Below are positions 37,737-47,781 of a stretch of DNA of 64,000 bases, piece after piece. This DNA is from Patescibacteria group bacterium. GTDB taxonomy: Bacteria; Patescibacteriota; Microgenomatia; UBA12405. The DNA lies in the NCBI GenBank assembly GCA_018902845.1, contig JAHIPV010000001.1, positions 12,124 through 76,123 on the forward strand, read 5' to 3'. A program made the translations under genes and the position numbers. The notes beneath the pieces are model-generated. The model was not told the origin of the DNA and searched no databases. It saw nothing but the letters and a program-made list of their open reading frames with translations. Each line of letters opens with the position of its first letter. Position 1 is the stretch's first letter.

Positions 37737-39476
37737 GTGATTAAAAAAATTTTTTCTCTTTTTTCTTTTTTATTTTTTTTACTAATCACGGTTTACAGTT
37801 TTTTCATTGCTAATTTTGCATTTGCCACTACCATCGATCAAGAAATTGCAGAAATCACCAAAAGAATATCAGAACTAGAAACAGCCATAGGGCCTCTCAA
37901 AGAAGAATCAGTTGATATTCAAAAAAAGATTAAATCGGCCAAAGATCAAATCTATCTAACCGAAGAACAAATAAAAAACACCGATCAAAAACTTATTGAC
38001 AAAGAAGCTGACTTGGAAGTTCAAAAACTGCTTCTTTCAGAAAGGGTCAAAAGGCTTTACAAAAACACCAAAAAATTCAACCCTTTACTGATATTTTTTT
38101 CAACTTCGCAAGGATCCAGTCTAATCCGCCAGTATTCCTGGTACCAATCCATAATCAACCAAGACACAAAACTTATCACCAGTTTCAATAAGGAAATTTT
38201 TGATCTTAACAACAACAAGGCAGAATTAAAAAAACAAAAAATCAAAATAGACGCCATCAAAAAAACTCTTGAAGACCGTTTTGGTTTTCTGTCGGGAGAA
38301 ATAAAAAAAGCTGAAGATTACAAAGCCGAGTTAACCAAAAAGCAACAATCTCTTATTGCCGAAAAAACAGCCATGTTTAATACCTCGGTTGGTGATGTTT
38401 CTTCATCTCAAGATCCAGCTTCCCGCGCTGATTATAATCCGGGTTTTGCTCCCGCCTTTGCTGTCTTTTCCTTTGGTGCTCCTCATCGCAAGGGCATGAG
38501 TCAATTTGGTGCTTTTGGTAGAAGTAAGCAAGGACAAGGTTATGAAAATATACTAAAAGCCTATTATGGCAATATCAGAATTGAAACGGTTGATACCCCC
38601 GGGTCAATTAGCACTTCTGTTGGAAGTTTGCCTTTTGAAGACAATTATCTTATTGGAATTGCCGAAATGCCAGCCAAATGGGGAGGGGAAGGGGGTATGG
38701 AGGCTCTAAGAGCTCAAGCAATTGCCGCCAGAACCTACGCCCTGTCTTATATTGGTTGGCGAATGGCAAATCGCAATGCCATCGGTTCTATTTGCACTAC
38801 CGAAGCCTGTCAGGTCTATTCGTCTTCTCGTCTTAATAATCCTGGTCTTTGGAAGCAGGCAGTCCAGGAAACTAGAGGCAAAATAATAGTCAGCAATGCT
38901 ACCAATGATGTTTTCTCTACTATGTATGCCTCTACTGCCGGTGGCGCTCTTTATTCTTATTCGTCCCTCGGTCATTCCACTCCTCAAGTTTGGGACACCA
39001 GTTGCAATAATCAATCTTGTTGGCCAAATGATGCTTATGAAAAAGTCTCTGATTCTCCCTGGTATTACAAAGGTTGGTACAAAACCAGAAGTAATCTCTC
39101 ATGTGGTCGTTCTCATCCCTGGCTTAATCAAAACGAGTTTACCGATGTTCTAAATGCTGTTTTGTATTACTCACAAACGTCTGATTCCTCCCATCTTTCC
39201 CAAACAAATTCCGGTGGTTGCTTCGGTGGCGATGATCCTAATGCCTGGAATTATGACGAACTTCGTCGTCAAACCGAAAGCCACGGTGGTCCGATTTCAG
39301 CCATCAATTCTATTCATGTCGATTATTCTACTGGTGGTTATACTCACAAAGTTAGGGTTGAAACAGACAAGGGTGGCTTTACCTTCGACGGTGAAGATTT
39401 CAAAAAAATCTTTATCCTCCGCGCCCCCGGAGCCATAACCATCAAATCCGGTCTATTTAACATAGAAAAAAAATAA
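37737..39476 (+). CDS. Coiled-coil + SpoIID/LytB domain cell-wall hydrolase
   Basis: H.KGMSQFGA, EM, EALRAQAIAARTY, CQVY. Confidence 0.85.
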   Translation: MIKKIFSLFSFLFFLLITVYSFFIANFAFATTIDQEIAEITKRISELETAIGPLKEESVDIQKKIKSAKDQIYLTEEQIKNTDQKLIDKEADLEVQKLLLSERVKRLYKNTKKFNPLLIFFSTSQGSSLIRQYSWYQSIINQDTKLITSFNKEIFDLNNNKAELKKQKIKIDAIKKTLEDRFGFLSGEIKKAEDYKAELTKKQQSLIAEKTAMFNTSVGDVSSSQDPASRADYNPGFAPAFAVFSFGAPHRKGMSQFGAFGRSKQGQGYENILKAYYGNIRIETVDTPGSISTSVGSLPFEDNYLIGIAEMPAKWGGEGGMEALRAQAIAARTYALSYIGWRMANRNAIGSICTTEACQVYSSSRLNNPGLWKQAVQETRGKIIVSNATNDVFSTMYASTAGGALYSYSSLGHSTPQVWDTSCNNQSCWPNDAYEKVSDSPWYYKGWYKTRSNLSCGRSHPWLNQNEFTDVLNAVLYYSQTSDSSHLSQTNSGGCFGGDDPNAWNYDELRRQTESHGGPISAINSIHVDYSTGGYTHKVRVETDKGGFTFDGEDFKKIFILRAPGAITIKSGLFNIEKK

Positions 39477-39480
39477 AACA

Positions 39481-39990
39481 GTGATCTTAGTCTATGCTTT
39501 TTCAAACAGGTGGTCAACCAACATTTCATCAAGAACACTTCTTGATCTTCAAAGATCGTCAGACCAATCCAAAAATATCACTTTTCAAAAAATTTTTTTC
39601 CATCCAAATCAATTTTTTCAAAGACATATCAAAAACAAAAATTATTCTTTAATAATCGGGCTGGGTGATTTTTTTGGCCAATTGCAAAGAATAAAGATAG
39701 AAACACAGGCAAAAAACCAATACGGCAAAAAAAATATTTCTCCCTCCTCGCCCTTTTCATTAAAACTAAGCTTGCCATTATTAACAGATGTTGACAAAAG
39801 TAAATTTTTGCTCAGTTCAAATATGGGTATCTACAACTGTAATTGGATAGCTTATCAGACCCAACTATATTTAAATCAAAAACATCCCCAAACAAAACAC
39901 ATCTTTTTCCATCTTCCAAAAAAACAAAAACCACTTTTTTTATCAAAAAGCATTTTTGATTTATTAACAACCAATCAAATGTTAAAATAA
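39481..39990 (+). CDS. Pyroglutamyl-peptidase I-like protein
   Basis: IE..AKN, S.NMGIYNCN, FFHLP (Glu/Cys/His triad). Confidence 0.65.
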   Translation: MILVYAFSNRWSTNISSRTLLDLQRSSDQSKNITFQKIFFHPNQFFQRHIKNKNYSLIIGLGDFFGQLQRIKIETQAKNQYGKKNISPSSPFSLKLSLPLLTDVDKSKFLLSSNMGIYNCNWIAYQTQLYLNQKHPQTKHIFFHLPKKQKPLFLSKSIFDLLTTNQMLK

Positions 39991-39993
39991 CCT

Positions 39994-40314
39994 GTGGACA
40001 AAGCCAGCAAATCACGCATTATTTTGACAGACAAAGAACTCAAGCAGGTTACTGGAATTGTTAAAAAGCACATCAACCTAAAAAAGTATAAAGCCTTTAT
40101 TTTTGGATCCAGAGTAATCGGCAACGCTCAAAAATATTCAGACATAGATATTGGCATTAAAGGCCATAGTCCTTTGCCTGTTATTACCAAGTTTAATCTT
40201 GAAGATGACTTTGAAAATTCAAAATTACCTTATTTGGTTGATGTTGTAGATTTTTTTTCTGTTTCAAAAGATTTTGAAAAATTAGCCAAATCAAGTATGA
40301 TTCAAATAGAATAA
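39994..40314 (+). CDS. MNT nucleotidyltransferase antitoxin
   Basis: FGSR...SDIDI, VDVV. Confidence 0.85.
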   Translation: MDKASKSRIILTDKELKQVTGIVKKHINLKKYKAFIFGSRVIGNAQKYSDIDIGIKGHSPLPVITKFNLEDDFENSKLPYLVDVVDFFSVSKDFEKLAKSSMIQIE

Positions 40315-40703
40315 TGACAAAAAAAGATATTCTACTCCAGCAACTTGTCGCAGCAAAAAACAAGCTCAAAGAAGCGTTAAATCTAGAGCCTACAGAGTTC
40401 CACAAATTAGCTACTATACAAATTTTTGAAATTACTTTTGAATTATCATGGAAATATATTCAGCAGATCTTGCAATTTTCTGGAGTAATACCATTCAATA
40501 GCCCTAGAAAAATTATAAGGCAAGCAGGCAAGGTCGGTTTAGTCGATGATGTTACTGCATGGCTTAATTTAGTAGATGCTCGAAATATTACTGTCCATAC
40601 TTACGACGAATATTCGGCTAATCAGGTCTACAAAAAACTAAACTCAGTACCAGAGCTGGTTGACAAATTACTACAAAAAGCAAAAGAATTTAATCAATCC
40701 TAA
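40314..40703 (+). CDS. HEPN toxin (HI0074-like)
   Basis: IQ.FE.TFELSWK, RNITVHTY (Rx4H). Confidence 0.85.
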   Translation: MTKKDILLQQLVAAKNKLKEALNLEPTEFHKLATIQIFEITFELSWKYIQQILQFSGVIPFNSPRKIIRQAGKVGLVDDVTAWLNLVDARNITVHTYDEYSANQVYKKLNSVPELVDKLLQKAKEFNQS

Positions 40704-40722
40704 TCAAATGTTAAAATAAGTC

Positions 40723-41457
40723 ATGCCTCGTACAAAAGATCTCGATACAGTTGCCCCAGATGATCTAATTTCTGCCTCTCCCCGTAAGCCAAACAAGCCA
40801 AAGCGCAGTCACCCGCAAGGGGGGAAACCAAAAAAACAAACATCAAAATCTGCCGATCAGCAATATCGCCAAAAAGTTTACAAACTAATCGGGCACACCA
40901 AGCATCCCTTGTCTTCATTCTTGGCTCGGCCTAAAGTCTTTGATTTTGATGATCGCGACGGAGAAGAAGAAATCATACTCGTTTTACGTCGTCACTGGTT
41001 TACTAATTTAAACTGGATCTTGGTTTTCACTCTTATGCTGATTTTTCCATCTTTTCTTGATTTTGTCCCTCTCTTGGAATCATTTCCACCTCGCTATAAT
41101 CTGCTTTTTGTAATTTTTTGGTATTTAATTTCTTTCGCCGTTGCTTTCGAAAATTTTTTATCTTGGTATTTTAATGTTTTTATAGTCACGGAAGAAAGAG
41201 TGGTAGATATAGATTTTAATAATCTTCTTAACAAAGAAATTTCCGATGCCAAAATATCCATGATTCAAGACGTTACCTACACTGTCACCGGCGTCAGTCA
41301 AACCATTTTTAACTATGGTGATGTTTTCATTCAAACCGCCGCAGAAATACCCGTTATCGAGATAAGCCAGATTCCTAATCCAAACACTGTTGCCAAAATA
41401 TTACAGCAAATGAGATTAGAAGAAGAGCAGGAAGCATTGGAAGGGAGGATAAAATGA
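40723..41457 (+). CDS. Membrane protein with bacterial PH domain
   Basis: RRHW, two TM helices, IVTEERVVD, FNYGDV.IQTA. Confidence 0.75.
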   Translation: MPRTKDLDTVAPDDLISASPRKPNKPKRSHPQGGKPKKQTSKSADQQYRQKVYKLIGHTKHPLSSFLARPKVFDFDDRDGEEEIILVLRRHWFTNLNWILVFTLMLIFPSFLDFVPLLESFPPRYNLLFVIFWYLISFAVAFENFLSWYFNVFIVTEERVVDIDFNNLLNKEISDAKISMIQDVTYTVTGVSQTIFNYGDVFIQTAAEIPVIEISQIPNPNTVAKILQQMRLEEEQEALEGRIK

Positions 41458-41672
41458 CGAACTTGTTTGGTGCTTATATCTTAACAACAGCCAAGTTTTT
41501 ATCTATCTTTGGGTCTGTCTTGTATTCTATTTTTGCTTTTGTTGTTGTTCGCCAGGTTACCCTTATGTGTAAAAATGTTTACGACAAATTCAACTCTATA
41601 CTAATTACCTTTTCTTACATCCATTTTTTCACCGCCCTTCTCCTCATCCCTCTTACTCTCATTTTCCTATAG
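41454..41672 (+). CDS. Small membrane protein
   Basis: Two TM helices, VRQV..M motif, coupled to the upstream gene. Confidence 0.65.
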   Translation: MTNLFGAYILTTAKFLSIFGSVLYSIFAFVVVRQVTLMCKNVYDKFNSILITFSYIHFFTALLLIPLTLIFL

Positions 41673-41698
41673 TTCCTTTCTTGTTGTAATATTAATTA

Positions 41699-43528
41699 AT
41701 GTACTATACCTGCCGTTCGTTTATTGGAGCAGTTTCTGACAACAATTGGTCCCGCTATTGGGAAAACGAACCCGACGATCCTTTAATCGCTTCGTCAAAA
41801 GGACATCTTTTTGCTCTGCTTTCTTTAAGCAACAAATCAGCCCTAATTCCACAAGACAACATTGCCTCAATTGGCCATAAATTAACGGAAAAACTTAACC
41901 AAATATATTTTTTCGATTCCGAAACAAATATAGAAGTATGTCTCAAGCAAGCTGTTACTGATCTTTGTAATCAATCTTCAGGCGATTTTGACATAAGCTT
42001 AATCGTAGCCGTAGTTCATCAAAACACTTTTTATGCCTGTACTTACAATTCAGGCAATATCTCTATAATTCGCCAAAATCAAATCAGCCAGATTCTTGCC
42101 TCAAAAGATCAAGACATTACTTTCGTATCCGGACCGCTTCAGGACAAAGATAAATTTTTCTTTTATAACAACGATATTATTGATCTAATAACATGGCCAA
42201 AAATAAAAAAAATTCTATCACTCAACAAGCTTGAACTTATAGAGGAAAATCTTCTTCCTTCCCTCTATTCGGACAAAAACGAATTTTTCCCTGCCGCCGC
42301 CATTATAGAAATACACCAGCCGGAAGAAGAAAGTAAAAAACAAGAAATAGAAATTCCGCTTAAAAGTCACCCCAAAACACCTTTTTTCAAAAAAATTTTT
42401 AAACCAAAAAACATTATTGTATCTCCTCACCAATTAACCCAGATCAGTAAAAGGCGCCGGCTTAACTTGATCATTGTTTTTCTTTCTCTTTTAGGCCTTG
42501 CCGCCAGTACTTACTTTGGTTATCAAAAAAACTCTCAGAACAAAACAGAATCCAGTTTCCAGTCTTTAAAAGGGGACTTAGAGAAAAAAATCACCGACAT
42601 TCTAGCTATAAAAACTATTAATTTAGATACAGCCTCCCAGCTTTCACTTCAAGCTCAGTTAGTTCTGGACAAAATGAAAGAGCTAGAAATTCATCAAGAC
42701 GAAGTAAGCAAATATCAGCAAACGATTACTTCTCTGCTTTCTCAAACCGGCTCTTCCAATGCATTTCAACCGGACTCATTTTTCGACCTTTCTCTGATCG
42801 TAAGTCAGCCGTCCTTTTCAAAAATGATCTTACATCAGGACAAAATTTATTTATTGGATAATCAAAAAGCTCGTATAGATTCAGTAGATATTTTTCAAAA
42901 ATCAATCGATAACATTTCCATGGATGACAAAATCAAACAAACTCAAAATATTTTTATAAACAACAACAAAGTTTTTGCTCAAAATCCAGATACTATTTAT
43001 CAGCTTTCCAAAAATAATTGGCAGGCAAAAATTAACCTAAAAGAAAGCCAGCCGGATCTAAATATTATTGATATTCAGTCCTGGAACAATGCTATTTATC
43101 TATTGGATTCAAACACTCCTTCTGTTTGGAAATTTAATCCCAGCGCAGACTCCTTTGGGTCAATTCAAAACTGGATAAAAGAAGATAATTTTTCCAATCA
43201 AGCAACCTCAATAGCTATAAACGGAAAAATTTGGATTCTAAAAAAAGACGGAACCATTCTTTCATATTTAAGAGGAGAAGAGGATCCATACAAACAGAAC
43301 AAGGAAGGGGATTTCAAAGATACCTCTAATTTGCTTACCACTCCTGACACTAATCTCTTGGTTTTTACAGATGACTCGGTCATTATTTATGTCTACGACA
43401 AAGAAGGCCAATCAATTGCTAAATACAATCTGGGAGATAAAAAAATCCACGATATCTGTATTCACCAAAGCAGTAATATCCTTTTTGTTCTATGTCACGA
43501 CCAAAAAATCTACAAAATTGCGCTATAA
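41699..43528 (+). CDS. Hypothetical membrane protein (degenerate PP2C-like N-domain, TM, beta-propeller-like C-domain)
   Basis: 609-aa ORF; repeated IY.LD strands in the C-terminal half; domain calls are tentative. Confidence 0.65.
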   Translation: MYYTCRSFIGAVSDNNWSRYWENEPDDPLIASSKGHLFALLSLSNKSALIPQDNIASIGHKLTEKLNQIYFFDSETNIEVCLKQAVTDLCNQSSGDFDISLIVAVVHQNTFYACTYNSGNISIIRQNQISQILASKDQDITFVSGPLQDKDKFFFYNNDIIDLITWPKIKKILSLNKLELIEENLLPSLYSDKNEFFPAAAIIEIHQPEEESKKQEIEIPLKSHPKTPFFKKIFKPKNIIVSPHQLTQISKRRRLNLIIVFLSLLGLAASTYFGYQKNSQNKTESSFQSLKGDLEKKITDILAIKTINLDTASQLSLQAQLVLDKMKELEIHQDEVSKYQQTITSLLSQTGSSNAFQPDSFFDLSLIVSQPSFSKMILHQDKIYLLDNQKARIDSVDIFQKSIDNISMDDKIKQTQNIFINNNKVFAQNPDTIYQLSKNNWQAKINLKESQPDLNIIDIQSWNNAIYLLDSNTPSVWKFNPSADSFGSIQNWIKEDNFSNQATSIAINGKIWILKKDGTILSYLRGEEDPYKQNKEGDFKDTSNLLTTPDTNLLVFTDDSVIIYVYDKEGQSIAKYNLGDKKIHDICIHQSSNILFVLCHDQKIYKIAL

Positions 43529-43538
43529 TTCCCCTTAA

Positions 43539-43955
43539 ATGAATTATTTCAACAAAAATTCACTAGACTATAAATTTATAGAAAAGTTCGAGGCTGGTTT
43601 AGTTTTAACCGGCTCAGACGCAAAATCATTGCGCACCCAAGGTATTCAATTTGGTGCCGTCAAAGTCGAGATAATAAACAACCGTCCTTTTTTGATTAAC
43701 TTAGATATTCCACTTTATAAATTCACCTCAAAAAATACTCTCTACGATACTACCCGCAATCGCGCCTTGCTCTTAAATTACAAACAAATCGCCAAACTAA
43801 TTTCCTACCGCAAGCAAAAATATATGATTATACCCATCTCAATTTACATCAAAAACAATTTCTTCAAAGCCGAAATTGGCATTGGCCGCAAAATGCGTAA
43901 ATACGAAAAACGCCAAAAAATAAAAGACAAAGAAATGAAGAAAAAACTTGGTTAA
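43539..43955 (+). CDS. smpB: SsrA-binding protein
   Basis: Y...EKFEAGLVLTG...KSLR, R.R.LLL, IP..IY, KYEKR. Confidence 0.9.
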   Translation: MNYFNKNSLDYKFIEKFEAGLVLTGSDAKSLRTQGIQFGAVKVEIINNRPFLINLDIPLYKFTSKNTLYDTTRNRALLLNYKQIAKLISYRKQKYMIIPISIYIKNNFFKAEIGIGRKMRKYEKRQKIKDKEMKKKLG

Positions 43956-44060
43956 TCCAATAATTCATGTTTCTTCAAAAAAGCTTTCCCGGAACCCGTT
44001 TTTAAGTACTTCTCAAATTTAATAGCAACTTTTCTGTCCGCTCCCAGTCTATCAAAAAAA

Positions 44061-44136
44061 AAGAGGACCTGTCCTGTAGTTAAAAACGAAAAGAGGACCT
44101 GTCCTCCGTAGCTCCAGTTCACTGGAGCGAAGGAGG
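44061..44136. repeat. Palindromic elements abutting the tmRNA 3' end
   Basis: Two AAGAGGACCTGTCCT copies (44061, 44091) and GTCCTCCGTAGCTCCAG-TTCA-CTGGAGCGAAGGAGG. Confidence 0.75.
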
Positions 44137-44599
44137 AGATGCTCAGGTATGACCCGAGGTCCAAAAAACGATTTAAAAAACTTACTACAAGCTTAACTTG
44201 CTTAAAACTTAATCTTTGAAAAACAAAACAAGTCAATTTTTCCAAAGTGTCGATTGTTTGTGATTCTACTCACTCTTAAATAATTCAAGAATCGAGACTC
44301 AAATTATCGTGTTCCAGTTTAGTTGACACCCTTACTTATTCCCTCTGGAATAGAAAATAAAAGGATGACTCTCTCGCTTAAGCCTAAGCTACAGCAAGAT
44401 TTAAATTGAAATTGCTACCGGTAGAATAACCGACACCACTTTCAACTCTCGAAAGATTAGCCCCAGCAAGAGCTAGGACATTTCTTAAAGCACTGCCGAA
44501 TGTATTGGCATGTTTTTTTTGATTTTGTTTTACGGCTGTTAATCAAAGCCGGCTTGCAGTTTTTTAAAGTGCATTTTCTGTCGATGCAATTACATCTCC
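44134..44599 (-). ncRNA. ssrA: tmRNA; tag ANTFGSALRNVLALAGANLSRVESGVGYSTGSNFNLNLAVA* (44384..44509)
   Basis: 5' GGAGATG..TCGAC, helix 2 CTGCAAGC/GCTTGTAG, GGAC, T-arm, 3' CATCTCC; GCC resume codon; convergent with smpB; TGGTATAAT promoter at 44610-44618. Confidence 0.9.
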
Positions 44600-44633
44600 T
44601 TGAGCACAAATTATACCAAAAATTTCGCCAAAG

Positions 44634-45683
44634 TCAATCCTTTATGTCTCTTTCCATTCTATCCAGTCCTATCCATATTATTATATTAAAAATCAGTCCA
44701 AACACAGCTGAAAATTGCTCAAAATAAAATCTAAAAATAGACGATAAAAATATACTTACCAACAATCCTCTCTGAAAAAACCCTAATCCTTCTCTTTTTT
44801 GTTTTCTCCAAATCAACACTAATCCAGCCACAAACATCCCCGCAATCAAAGTATCAGAAAATATCTTCATCGTTAGCATCAAGCCATGTGTTTTTGAAAA
44901 CATAAAAGTATTTTTATAGATATTTACCGCTTCTCCCGGGTCAAAATGAAGAAATATTCCAACAGTGCTAAATAATCCTTCTAAGATATATCCGGCAGAC
45001 AAAAGCAGTAACAAACTCGTTATTGTCTTTCTTTTAAAAATTTTATGATATCCGAAGAATTTTAATTTTTTCCACAATAGATTTGAAGATCTAATTTTTT
45101 TATTTTTTTTACTTGGCAGTTCCACTATCATTTTTCTCAAAGCTATAGAAAGATTATTTATTTTTCCACTTGTTTTTCTCTCCAGTTCTCCCAGCTTTTC
45201 TAATATTTCCTTTTTTTCTCTATTTTCAAAATCTCTTTCTGCAATTTCTTCTAACCCGTTAATTATTTGATAAAGCAGGCTTTTTACGTCTTTTGTCTGT
45301 ATTTTTTCAAAATATCTATATAGCAAAAACATCAATATAAAAAATACATACATAAACACAATTGCAGGTTGAAAAAAATAATCATTATCATGTGATAAAA
45401 ATTTACCTATTTCATCAATAAACCATCCCAAACCAACCCCAAAAATTATCGACGCTTTTTTTCTGGTTTTTTCTCCATGAAAAACCAAAGTCAATATCAT
45501 TCCAACAACCATTGCTAATCCTCCCCACAAAACATGGGCAACGTGCCATTTTTCATTACTGATTTCCGGATATCCGGTTAATTCCAAAAATAATCGTGTT
45601 CCCAGTAAACTGCCAACGGCCGAGATCATTATTATCAACAACATTTTGCTTCCGCTTTCTCTCTTTACCAATTTCAACTTCAT
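44634..45683 (-). CDS. Hypothetical integral membrane protein
   Basis: HVAHVLWGG, G.GWFIDEIGKF...NDYF; multiple TM helices. Confidence 0.7.
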   Translation of the reverse strand: MKLKLVKRESGSKMLLIIMISAVGSLLGTRLFLELTGYPEISNEKWHVAHVLWGGLAMVVGMILTLVFHGEKTRKKASIIFGVGLGWFIDEIGKFLSHDNDYFFQPAIVFMYVFFILMFLLYRYFEKIQTKDVKSLLYQIINGLEEIAERDFENREKKEILEKLGELERKTSGKINNLSIALRKMIVELPSKKNKKIRSSNLLWKKLKFFGYHKIFKRKTITSLLLLLSAGYILEGLFSTVGIFLHFDPGEAVNIYKNTFMFSKTHGLMLTMKIFSDTLIAGMFVAGLVLIWRKQKREGLGFFQRGLLVSIFLSSIFRFYFEQFSAVFGLIFNIIIWIGLDRMERDIKD

Positions 45684-45738
45684 ACCTTCATTCTAACTGC
45701 TTATTGAAAATTGTAAATTGAAAATTGAAAATTAACTC

Positions 45739-46425
45739 ATGTCTTTTTTTCTGGATTTTTTATTTCCGTCTCGCTGTTATTCCTGTCAAAAAATCGGTCA
45801 GTATATTTGTCCAAAATGTCGGGTAAAACTAATTAACAAAGGCATTGATCCTTTTTTATCAAAAAAACTAGAAGCCTCTCTGTCTCTTTTTAAATATCAC
45901 CCGCCTCTAATCAAAGTTCTTCAAGATTTAAAATATCATTTTATTACCCATTTGGCCGATGAATTAGTTGAAATCGCAGTCAAAGAAATAGAAACAAGAT
46001 ATCCTTCCCTGCTCAAATACTGGCAAGCAAATAACTACCTATTAATTCCAATTCCATTACATCAAAAACGTCTAAACTGGCGCGGTTTTAATCAATCAGC
46101 CTTGCTGGCAAAAAAACTTGCTTACAATCTCAAGCTCCAATACTCAGACCAAATCCTTTTTAGGCTTAAATATACTCAACCACAAGCAAAAATCAAAAAT
46201 AAAAGTTTTCGCGCCACTAATATTTCCAATTCCTTTTCAGTTAGCACACTTGTCACCCCGCCGTGGCGGGGTCCCGTCGGAAATGTAAAAATTACATTTT
46301 CTCAATTTACTAACATAATTCTTTTTGACGATATTATCACCACCGGTTCCACCATAAAATCTGCCGTAGATACTCTAACAAAACACAATTTTAAATCAAT
46401 TTGGGCTCTTTCTTTGGCTGGTTAA
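45739..46425 (+). CDS. comF: ComF family protein (Zn ribbon + PRTase)
   Basis: CxxC..CxxC, PIPLH..R..RGFNQS, DDIITTGST. Confidence 0.9.
   Translation: MSFFLDFLFPSRCYSCQKIGQYICPKCRVKLINKGIDPFLSKKLEASLSLFKYHPPLIKVLQDLKYHFITHLADELVEIAVKEIETRYPSLLKYWQANNYLLIPIPLHQKRLNWRGFNQSALLAKKLAYNLKLQYSDQILFRLKYTQPQAKIKNKSFRATNISNSFSVSTLVTPPWRGPVGNVKITFSQFTNIILFDDIITTGSTIKSAVDTLTKHNFKSIWALSLAG
46252..46290 (+). repeat. Palindromic element in-frame in comF
   Basis: GTCACCCCGCCGTGGCGGGGTCCCGTCGGAAATGTAAAA, 39 bp = VTPPWRGPVGNVK. Confidence 0.8.
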
Positions 46426-47090
46426 AGCAAATTTCCACTCAAACCTCTTTGGCTCCTTATCTCTTCAGCATTTTTTGGCATTCCTGTTTCCATTTTTAAT
46501 TCACTTCCACTTTCCACCACTTCTCCGTCAATCGGTGTAAGCGAGCTTAAATAAAAATTATCTACAAAAAGTCCATGTGGTTGCAGTGATTCTCTCAGTT
46601 CTTCCTTGACTTCGTCTTCTATCTTGCTTCTACTGGTTGCCAAGGCATTATTTAGAGTGTAATTAGTTAGCACCTTTCTAATTCTGCTTCTTGTCACCGG
46701 TCTTACTACTTTAGACACAAAATTTTCACCAATATTTTGCCATATCTCAGGTAATCTCTCTGTATCTAGTTTAATCAAGACGGTTGCTTCTACGTTTACA
46801 AACTTATTGTCAGCAGTAACGGCATTAATTACCTCATCGCCCATAATTTCCTTATTGTCTTTCAAGCTCACGTCTTTAGAAATCGTATATTCAATCAGTT
46901 GAGCGTTAAACAGTTTGGCTCTGTGTATCAAGGGTATCTTAAAATGCATTCCCGGATACCACACATTTTTCAAAACTCCTCTAAAAATACTATAAATACA
47001 ACCAACATGTCCGGGAGGAACAGTTACCAAAAATCCGCCCACAACCTCGTCAACAAAAAGCGACACTAGTAAATTATCTATCGATGCCAT
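46422..47090 (-). CDS. SPFH/band 7 (prohibitin) family protein
   Basis: VPPGHVG, PGMHFKIP, TADN..V.V, VVRP..RS.IR. Confidence 0.8.
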   Translation of the reverse strand: MASIDNLLVSLFVDEVVGGFLVTVPPGHVGCIYSIFRGVLKNVWYPGMHFKIPLIHRAKLFNAQLIEYTISKDVSLKDNKEIMGDEVINAVTADNKFVNVEATVLIKLDTERLPEIWQNIGENFVSKVVRPVTRSRIRKVLTNYTLNNALATSRSKIEDEVKEELRESLQPHGLFVDNFYLSSLTPIDGEVVESGSELKMETGMPKNAEEIRSQRGLSGNLL

Positions 47091-47114
47091 ATTTTTCTAA
47101 ATTATAACAAAATC

Positions 47115-47774
47115 TCAACAAACTTTCTTAAATCCTTCAATCATTTCTTTTAATTCTTTTTCCGGATCATCGGCGCAAACTATATCACTTGCCACCAAAA
47201 CTCCCTTAGCTCCCAATTTTAAGGCAATTTCGACATCTTTCTTGTTTTTTACACCAGCCCCAACTAAAACCGGTATCTTGCCACACATTTTAACCAATCT
47301 TTTTACCGCCTCAGGTTTTTCGCTGGATACGGATCTGTCTTTGCTGGCAATCAAATACGAGGGTTCATAGGCAATAAAATCCGGTTTTGTTTTTAATGCC
47401 CATTTTTCTGCTTGACCAATCGATCGTACACACAAAACAATTTCAAAACCCTTCCTCTTGTTTTTCAAAATTTTTTTTACTTTCCCGGGTGGAATTTTAT
47501 GCTCTGAATGATTCAAAAGGGTTCCGCTTGCTCCGGCCTTTTTCATTTGATTTGCCGAAATCCAACCAGTCCATCTACCGTCTTCGTATTCGTCTATGTT
47601 TTGACAATACAGTTTTAATCCGGTTTCCTTCTTGATTTTATAAATATCAACAGGGGAAACAGCCAAAACAACCTCAATCTTGCTTTCATCCATCACTTTC
47701 TTACAGATTTTTGCCAATTTTAAGGCCCCTTTCCCAAAAGTGTTTTTATAAAGTTTAAAATTTATAATTATCAT
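47115..47774 (-). CDS. tpiA: Triosephosphate isomerase, archaeal-type
   Basis: INFK, NHSE, AYEP..LI, VLVGAGV, GVLVAS; start MIIINFK. Confidence 0.9.
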   Translation of the reverse strand: MIIINFKLYKNTFGKGALKLAKICKKVMDESKIEVVLAVSPVDIYKIKKETGLKLYCQNIDEYEDGRWTGWISANQMKKAGASGTLLNHSEHKIPPGKVKKILKNKRKGFEIVLCVRSIGQAEKWALKTKPDFIAYEPSYLIASKDRSVSSEKPEAVKRLVKMCGKIPVLVGAGVKNKKDVEIALKLGAKGVLVASDIVCADDPEKELKEMIEGFKKVC

Positions 47775-47781
47775 ATTTTTT

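Noticed and set aside
44061-44105. Direct repeat AAGAGGACCTGTCCT as a CRISPR array
   Set aside because: Only two 15-bp copies, 15-bp spacer, no cas genes; better explained as REP-like units
43952-44245. 97-aa minus-strand ORF (and + strand ORF 44500..44727)
   Set aside because: They overlap the tmRNA and adjacent palindromic repeats and show no protein motif
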